DNA of 64,000 nucleotides from contig CARVLU010000003.1 in assembly GCA_949082785.1 (NCBI GenBank), forward strand, positions 9,133-73,132. The letters run 5' to 3'. The number at the start of each line of letters is the position of its first letter. The first letter of the stretch is position 1. The translations under genes were made by a program, and so were the position numbers. This stretch comes from an uncultured Alphaproteobacteria bacterium (GTDB taxonomy: Bacteria > Pseudomonadota > Alphaproteobacteria > Rs-D84). Below are positions 59,200 through 64,000 of the stretch, piece after piece. Below the pieces are notes generated by a model. It was given only the letters and a program-made list of their open reading frames with translations, had not been told where the DNA came from and did no database searches.

Positions 59200-60516
59200 T
59201 TAATCTTTGCGCAATAATTCTGTGGATTTTATGTATTCGGGTGCAGATTTATCCAAACGTTTGCGTGCACGCGTTGCATATTGATGCGTCTTTTTCTGGT
59301 CGCCGGTCATATTGTAATATTCCGCCATGGCCCAGTCGGCCCGCCCGTCCCCGTCGCCCCACGCGCGGGCCAAAACCCAGTATGTCAACGCCGCCGGTTC
59401 GGCAAGTAACGCCCGCCGGCACAATTCAATTGCACGGTCGCGGTCACCGGGTTTGTCCCGTTCAGACAGCACCAGCGCCAGCGCCGTCTGAATCTGGGGG
59501 GCGCCCCCCGCCAACGTCAACGATTTGTCGTATGCGGCCACACTGTCATCATAATGGCCGTATTGGTATTCAATATCCCCCAGTAATTCATAGAAATACG
59601 GATTCTGCCCATGGCGCGATATCAGGGTTTGCGTCCCGGTTTTTGCCCCCGCCAAATTCCCCGCGCGCATATTTGCGATTGCCCGCGCGTACAGCGCCGC
59701 ATCGGATTTGTCCGTTGCGGGATACAGCGTCCGCACCCGGTCACCCGGATACAAATACCCGACCAGTTTGGCCCGGACCAATTCGTATTGCGCACGGCGA
59801 TTGGCATCCCGGCGGGCATCTGATTTGTAATCAGACGGTCGGGCCGCGATATAATCACGAACGTTTTTCAACCGTTCGGTTGTCAAAGGGTGGTTGACGC
59901 GATTGGGGTTAATTTTTTCTTCGGCGGCGCCCGTGATATCGCGCATTTGTTCAAAGACATCAACAAACCCGTTCGGATTTTGGCCGGCGCGCATCATTAA
60001 ATCCAGCCCCAGATTGTCCGCCATGCGTTCTTCGTCCCGGGAAAATGCCAGCATTGATTGCGTTGTCATTCCCGCGGTTCCCGCCAACACCCCCATCCCC
60101 AGCGACGGGTTCCCGCCCGCCACCATCAGCCCCACCCCCAATGCCTGGACAATGGCGGTGCGTTTTAGTTCTGCGTTCATACGCGCCGACATTTGCGCCA
60201 TATGCCCGCCCAGCGTATGCCCCAATTCGTGGGCAACAACGGCCTGTAACGCGTCGGGCGTTTTAATTTGGGTCAGCAAACCGGTATAAATATAAACTTC
60301 TTCGCCACCACTGACGAATGCGTTGAAATCATCGCTGTGCACCACATTGATTTTCAAGCGCCCCGCCGCAATCCCCGCCGCATCCGCCAATGGTTCTACC
60401 AATTCGGTCAAATGGCGTTCAATTTCCGTATCATTGATAATCGCGGCGCCATATACCCCGGTGCAAAACCACGCCCCCACAATAACGGCCAAGATGCGTC
60501 GCACCACGTTCATCAT
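59200..60516 (-). CDS. M48 family metallopeptidase with TPR repeats (BepA/YfgC-like)
   Basis: signal peptide; HELGHTLGGH zinc motif; C-terminal TPR-like helices; start overlaps recG stop. Confidence 0.8.
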   Translation of the reverse strand: MMNVVRRILAVIVGAWFCTGVYGAAIINDTEIERHLTELVEPLADAAGIAAGRLKINVVHSDDFNAFVSGGEEVYIYTGLLTQIKTPDALQAVVAHELGHTLGGHMAQMSARMNAELKRTAIVQALGVGLMVAGGNPSLGMGVLAGTAGMTTQSMLAFSRDEERMADNLGLDLMMRAGQNPNGFVDVFEQMRDITGAAEEKINPNRVNHPLTTERLKNVRDYIAARPSDYKSDARRDANRRAQYELVRAKLVGYLYPGDRVRTLYPATDKSDAALYARAIANMRAGNLAGAKTGTQTLISRHGQNPYFYELLGDIEYQYGHYDDSVAAYDKSLTLAGGAPQIQTALALVLSERDKPGDRDRAIELCRRALLAEPAALTYWVLARAWGDGDGRADWAMAEYYNMTGDQKKTHQYATRARKRLDKSAPEYIKSTELLRKD

Positions 60517-62582
60517 GCCCCCACCGCCAATCGCCGGTCAAAGATAAACATCAAATCCAAAATAAACTGGGTCGGCCCGTTCATTTCCATCGCCGCACGC
60601 GACGCCAATTTGAACAAATCACGATGTTCCCGGTAATCCACAAAATGATATTGGACCCAACCGCTTTGCCGTGTGCCCAGCAATTCGCCGGTGCCGCGCA
60701 TCATCAAATCTTGTTCGGCGATGACAAACCCATCGTCCGTTTCACACAGCACGTCCAGACGCCGCATTCCATCTTCGCCCAGGTAATTTCCATGCAACAA
60801 AACACAATACGATTGCAACGCCCCACGACCGACGCGGCCGCGCAACTGATGCAACGCCGCCAGCCCAAATCGTTCCGCATTTTCAATAACAATAATCGTC
60901 GCACGGGGGACGTCGATGCCGACTTCTATCACGGTCGTTGCAACCAACAGCGGCATGTCGGAATTATCGTCGGCAAATTCGGCCATGACGGCGTCGCGCT
61001 GCTTCTTGTCCATTTGACCATGGACCAGACCGATGTTCGGCCAAAATTTCTTTAAATCATCAAATCGCGCCTGGGCCGCGGTCATGTCAGATTCCGCCGT
61101 TTCCGCAACCAGTGGGGTGACCCAGAATACCTTGGCACCGGCATCAATCTGGGCCGCCACACGCCCGACCAATGCGTCAATGCGCGACAACGGCAGCTTG
61201 GTCGTTTTAATGGGCAATCGGCCCGCGGGTTTTTCATTAATCACGGAAACATCCATGTCGCCGTAAATCGTCATGGACAGTGTGCGCGGAATCGGTGTCG
61301 CCGACAGCGCCAATAAATCCGGGTTTGTCCCCTTGGCCCGCATGGCTTCGCGTTGGGAAACGCCAAATCGATGCTGTTCATCAACAATGACCAATCCCAA
61401 ATCTTTGTACGCAACATCGTCGGAAAACAGCGCATGTGTCCCAATGGCCAACCGCGTCCGCCCCGACCGCAGGGATACCAGTTTTTCGCGCCGCGCGCCC
61501 CCCTTGTCCCGGCCGGTCAGAATGTCACAGACCAATCCCATCTGGGCGCACATCGGGGCCAGTTTTGCATAATGCTGTTGCGCCAACGTATCGGTCGGCG
61601 CCATTAAAACCGTCTGGGCACCGGTTTCGGCCATGGCGACGGCGGCGGCCATGGCGACCATGGTTTTCCCACTGCCCACATCCCCCTGGACCAGGCGCAT
61701 CATCGGCACGTCGCGCGCCATGTCCGCGCGGATATCATCAATAGTGCGTTGTTGCGCGCCGGTCAATTCAAATGGCAAAATCTGATAAAACCGGTCCATC
61801 AAATCGTATTTGTGGGCGCGATGCGGCCGACGGTGACGTGCATCACGACGTTCACGCCGGGTGATAGCAATCGCCGATTGATGCGCCAACAATTCGTAAT
61901 ACGCCAATTTAACCATGTATTGGGCATGGGGCGCCAAATCGGCGGGGTCGGTCGGGAAATGCACATGACGCAGCGCATCAAAAAATTCCCGCGTTTGGTC
62001 ATCGGCATCATTCAGCCCCACCCGTTCGTCCAGGGCACGGAATACCTGGTCACGGACGGCGGCAAACGTTTTTTGGGTCAACCCTTCGCCGGCGGGGTAA
62101 ATCGCCTGGACCGCGGGGATTTTGTCCGCCCCATCCACCGTTTCGATAAATTCAGGATGATTGATAATCCAATTGCCGCGCGGGCTGCGTTCCAATTTGC
62201 CACTGACGACGCGGTATTCGCCAATGGGCAATTTCTTTAACCAATAATCCAGAAAATTCACGTTAAAGAACTGTATCACCACGCGGTTGCCGCCCATATC
62301 GGTACAGACAACCTGGCTGGGGGCGCGGCGACCGCGGAATTTTCCGCCCACCTTGTGCGATTGGACGTTCAGACGCACCGTCACAATATCACCCGGGGTA
62401 ACATCGGCAACATTATCCGTTATATCGCGCCGGCGCACACCACTGGGGCGATGCAATAAAAAATCCAGAACGCGGCGACCACCCAACACGTCTTCGAACC
62501 GGGCGGCGACGACGGGGCCAACCCCCTTGACGAATTGCAAATCGGTTTTCAGAAAATCAAACAGTTCCTGTTTCATATGCAA
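60513..62582 (-). CDS. recG: ATP-dependent DNA helicase RecG
   Basis: wedge domain, helicase motifs GDVGSGKT, DEQHRFG, QLRGRVGRG. Confidence 0.95.
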   Translation of the reverse strand: MHMKQELFDFLKTDLQFVKGVGPVVAARFEDVLGGRRVLDFLLHRPSGVRRRDITDNVADVTPGDIVTVRLNVQSHKVGGKFRGRRAPSQVVCTDMGGNRVVIQFFNVNFLDYWLKKLPIGEYRVVSGKLERSPRGNWIINHPEFIETVDGADKIPAVQAIYPAGEGLTQKTFAAVRDQVFRALDERVGLNDADDQTREFFDALRHVHFPTDPADLAPHAQYMVKLAYYELLAHQSAIAITRRERRDARHRRPHRAHKYDLMDRFYQILPFELTGAQQRTIDDIRADMARDVPMMRLVQGDVGSGKTMVAMAAAVAMAETGAQTVLMAPTDTLAQQHYAKLAPMCAQMGLVCDILTGRDKGGARREKLVSLRSGRTRLAIGTHALFSDDVAYKDLGLVIVDEQHRFGVSQREAMRAKGTNPDLLALSATPIPRTLSMTIYGDMDVSVINEKPAGRLPIKTTKLPLSRIDALVGRVAAQIDAGAKVFWVTPLVAETAESDMTAAQARFDDLKKFWPNIGLVHGQMDKKQRDAVMAEFADDNSDMPLLVATTVIEVGIDVPRATIIVIENAERFGLAALHQLRGRVGRGALQSYCVLLHGNYLGEDGMRRLDVLCETDDGFVIAEQDLMMRGTGELLGTRQSGWVQYHFVDYREHRDLFKLASRAAMEMNGPTQFILDLMFIFDRRLAVGA

Positions 62583-62767
62583 TAACGGTACCCAAAAACA
62601 CCGGCTGATTCAATAAAAAAACGGGGCGTGGTGGACGTCCCGTCTTTCTCTCTCCGACGGGCAGAATACCAAAATGTCCCATCGCGCACAAGCGGCATAG
62701 ATTCACACGCATAATGAAAAACAGCCCCCGCATGCGGGGGCCATTGGACTGTTTTATAATCGATATA

Positions 62768-62983
62768 TTATCGTGCGTTACGCGCGGCCGGACGGTCGAT
62801 GAACGCCCAAATCAACCAAATCAACGCAGCGATACCGATGATGCAGTACACGATGCGGCTGGCAACGGTGGCCGGGCCAAACAAAAACGCGACCAAGTCA
62901 AAACCGAACAAACCAATCAGACCCCAGTTCAAGGCGCCGATAAAAGTCAACGGTTTCAGGATATAGCGGGTTAATTCTCTCAT
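62768..62983 (-). CDS. DUF378 family membrane protein
   Basis: 71 aa, GALNWGLIGLFGFDLVAFLFG matches DUF378. Confidence 0.7.
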   Translation of the reverse strand: MRELTRYILKPLTFIGALNWGLIGLFGFDLVAFLFGPATVASRIVYCIIGIAALIWLIWAFIDRPAARNAR

Positions 62984-63112
62984 CTTTTTGTCTCCTATTT
63001 AAGATTTAATGTGTCAGTTACGACAGGTTCATTATATCTGTTTTTTTACCGCGTTTCAATTTGAATACAGCGTTTAGGAAAACGTTCTTAGCCGCGGATT
63101 TCCTGGGAATTT

Positions 63113-63892
63113 TTACACATTACCGGAACATGCTGCCGCAACATTATTCTGTTTCATCCGTTCAATAAACGGGTCCATAATTTTATCAAAGACATCATTG
63201 CAATCCGATTGAGCAAAACGCTGGTTCAATATTTTTATCCATTCGGGATTGGCCCCACGACCGCTGTCACTGCGGGCACAACGCGCCTGGTATTCTTCCT
63301 GGGACTTGGTAATATAATGATTACATCGGATATGATTCCACGTGGGCGGATTATTCGTTTGGTCAATATGACCCAAACGGCGCCCATTTTCATCAATGGT
63401 AAAACCGGCAACGGCGTTGACATGCGCGCTGTGCTGGCGCAGGGTCAATCGCGGATTAACAATCGATTTCACCCCCCACGATTTTGCACTGTGATACTTA
63501 TAATTTTCAATAACCAGTCCGTCTGGTCGTGTCACGTGTCCCCCAGAACCGTAAATTACCCACGTCATAATTAATTGTGCAAACCCGGACGGCAAACTGT
63601 ACAAAAATTCGGGAATGGTTTTATGATATACCGGCACAATAAATTCATCCAAATCGACCAGGGCCATCCAACGCACATCTTGGTCATGGCGATTAATCGC
63701 ATCGACATAGGCCGCATTTTGCATCTGTTTTCCGGGCCACCACGTATATTCAACGATGCCGCGCGCGATATATGGTGCCAAGATTTCCCGACTGTTGTCA
63801 TCCGAACCGTTATCATACAGATAAAATTTATCCACCCCGACCAAGATATGAAAATCCAGCCATTCTTTTAAATACAGCCCTTCGTTTTTCAT
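63113..63892 (-). CDS. glycosyltransferase (GT92/DUF23-like fold); N-terminus may extend beyond window end
   Basis: DxD-type motif LVDLDEFIVP; frame is open from 63892 up to 64000 with no stop, so true start may be outside window. Confidence 0.65.
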   Translation of the reverse strand: MKNEGLYLKEWLDFHILVGVDKFYLYDNGSDDNSREILAPYIARGIVEYTWWPGKQMQNAAYVDAINRHDQDVRWMALVDLDEFIVPVYHKTIPEFLYSLPSGFAQLIMTWVIYGSGGHVTRPDGLVIENYKYHSAKSWGVKSIVNPRLTLRQHSAHVNAVAGFTIDENGRRLGHIDQTNNPPTWNHIRCNHYITKSQEEYQARCARSDSGRGANPEWIKILNQRFAQSDCNDVFDKIMDPFIERMKQNNVAAACSGNV

Positions 63893-64000
63893 AATGGCGG
63901 CAATGGCCAGTGTGCTGTCAAACTGACGATTGTTATCGCAACGCAGAACATCACGGTATTGACGTACCCCCAGCTGAATAACGCCACGCCATGCGCGGCG

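Overview
This 64-kb window looks like a GC-rich (roughly 55%) alphaproteobacterial chromosome with AT-rich intergenic DNA, possibly from an intracellular or symbiotic lineage. Most of the window is ordinary housekeeping, and most genes lie on the minus strand. I annotate five tRNAs (Gly-GCC, Arg-ACG, Gln-CUG and Asn-GTT, each next to accessory-looking DNA) and many clean rho-independent terminators. I found no rRNA, CRISPR array, transposase or integrase.

Identifiable housekeeping genes:
- tRNA-modification genes tgt and queA.
- Cell-envelope and division genes rlpA, murJ, bamD and a class A penicillin-binding protein.
- Protein-quality and secretion genes htpX, ftsH, groES, groEL, secG and lepB.
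- DNA repair and damage-tolerance genes ligA, recG, umuD and umuC.
- Others: lysS, era, tdk, prmC, tilS, rnc and fabI.
- Operon arrangements: a long compact minus-strand operon runs era -> ... -> tgt, and ftsH-tilS and lepB-rnc are adjacent.

Three features stand out as unexplained:
1. A family of at least seven small cysteine-rich, apparently secreted proteins scattered over the window, all sharing a C-terminal module (C-x2-C-P ... C-Y ... G-S-[YF]-x-[YF]-T ... C-Y-Y).
2. A family of structured 5' leader RNAs upstream of those genes, each with its own near-consensus sigma70 promoter and ending in an intrinsic terminator.
   - Type-1b copies (leaders C, D, E, F and G) carry a covarying hairpin with the conserved loop GAATATATTGAATA and mutually exclusive antiterminator/terminator pairings.
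   - Type-1a copies (leaders A and B) are related.
   - Two copies are orphans with no downstream CDS, and one precedes an XRE-like regulator.
   - A separate type-2 leader, found twice, carries a conserved upstream small ORF (uORF).
3. A 1.7-kb AT-rich islet inserted at tRNA-Asn, flanked by a 40-45 bp direct repeat of the tRNA 3' end, with three small unknown genes and no integrase.

Smaller oddities:
- A family of palindromic tandem repeats.
- A small membrane/coiled-coil gene interrupted at a C9 homopolymer.
- A protein built from five tandem transposase-type HTH repeats next to umuDC.
- An inverted pair of choloylglycine-hydrolase paralogues.
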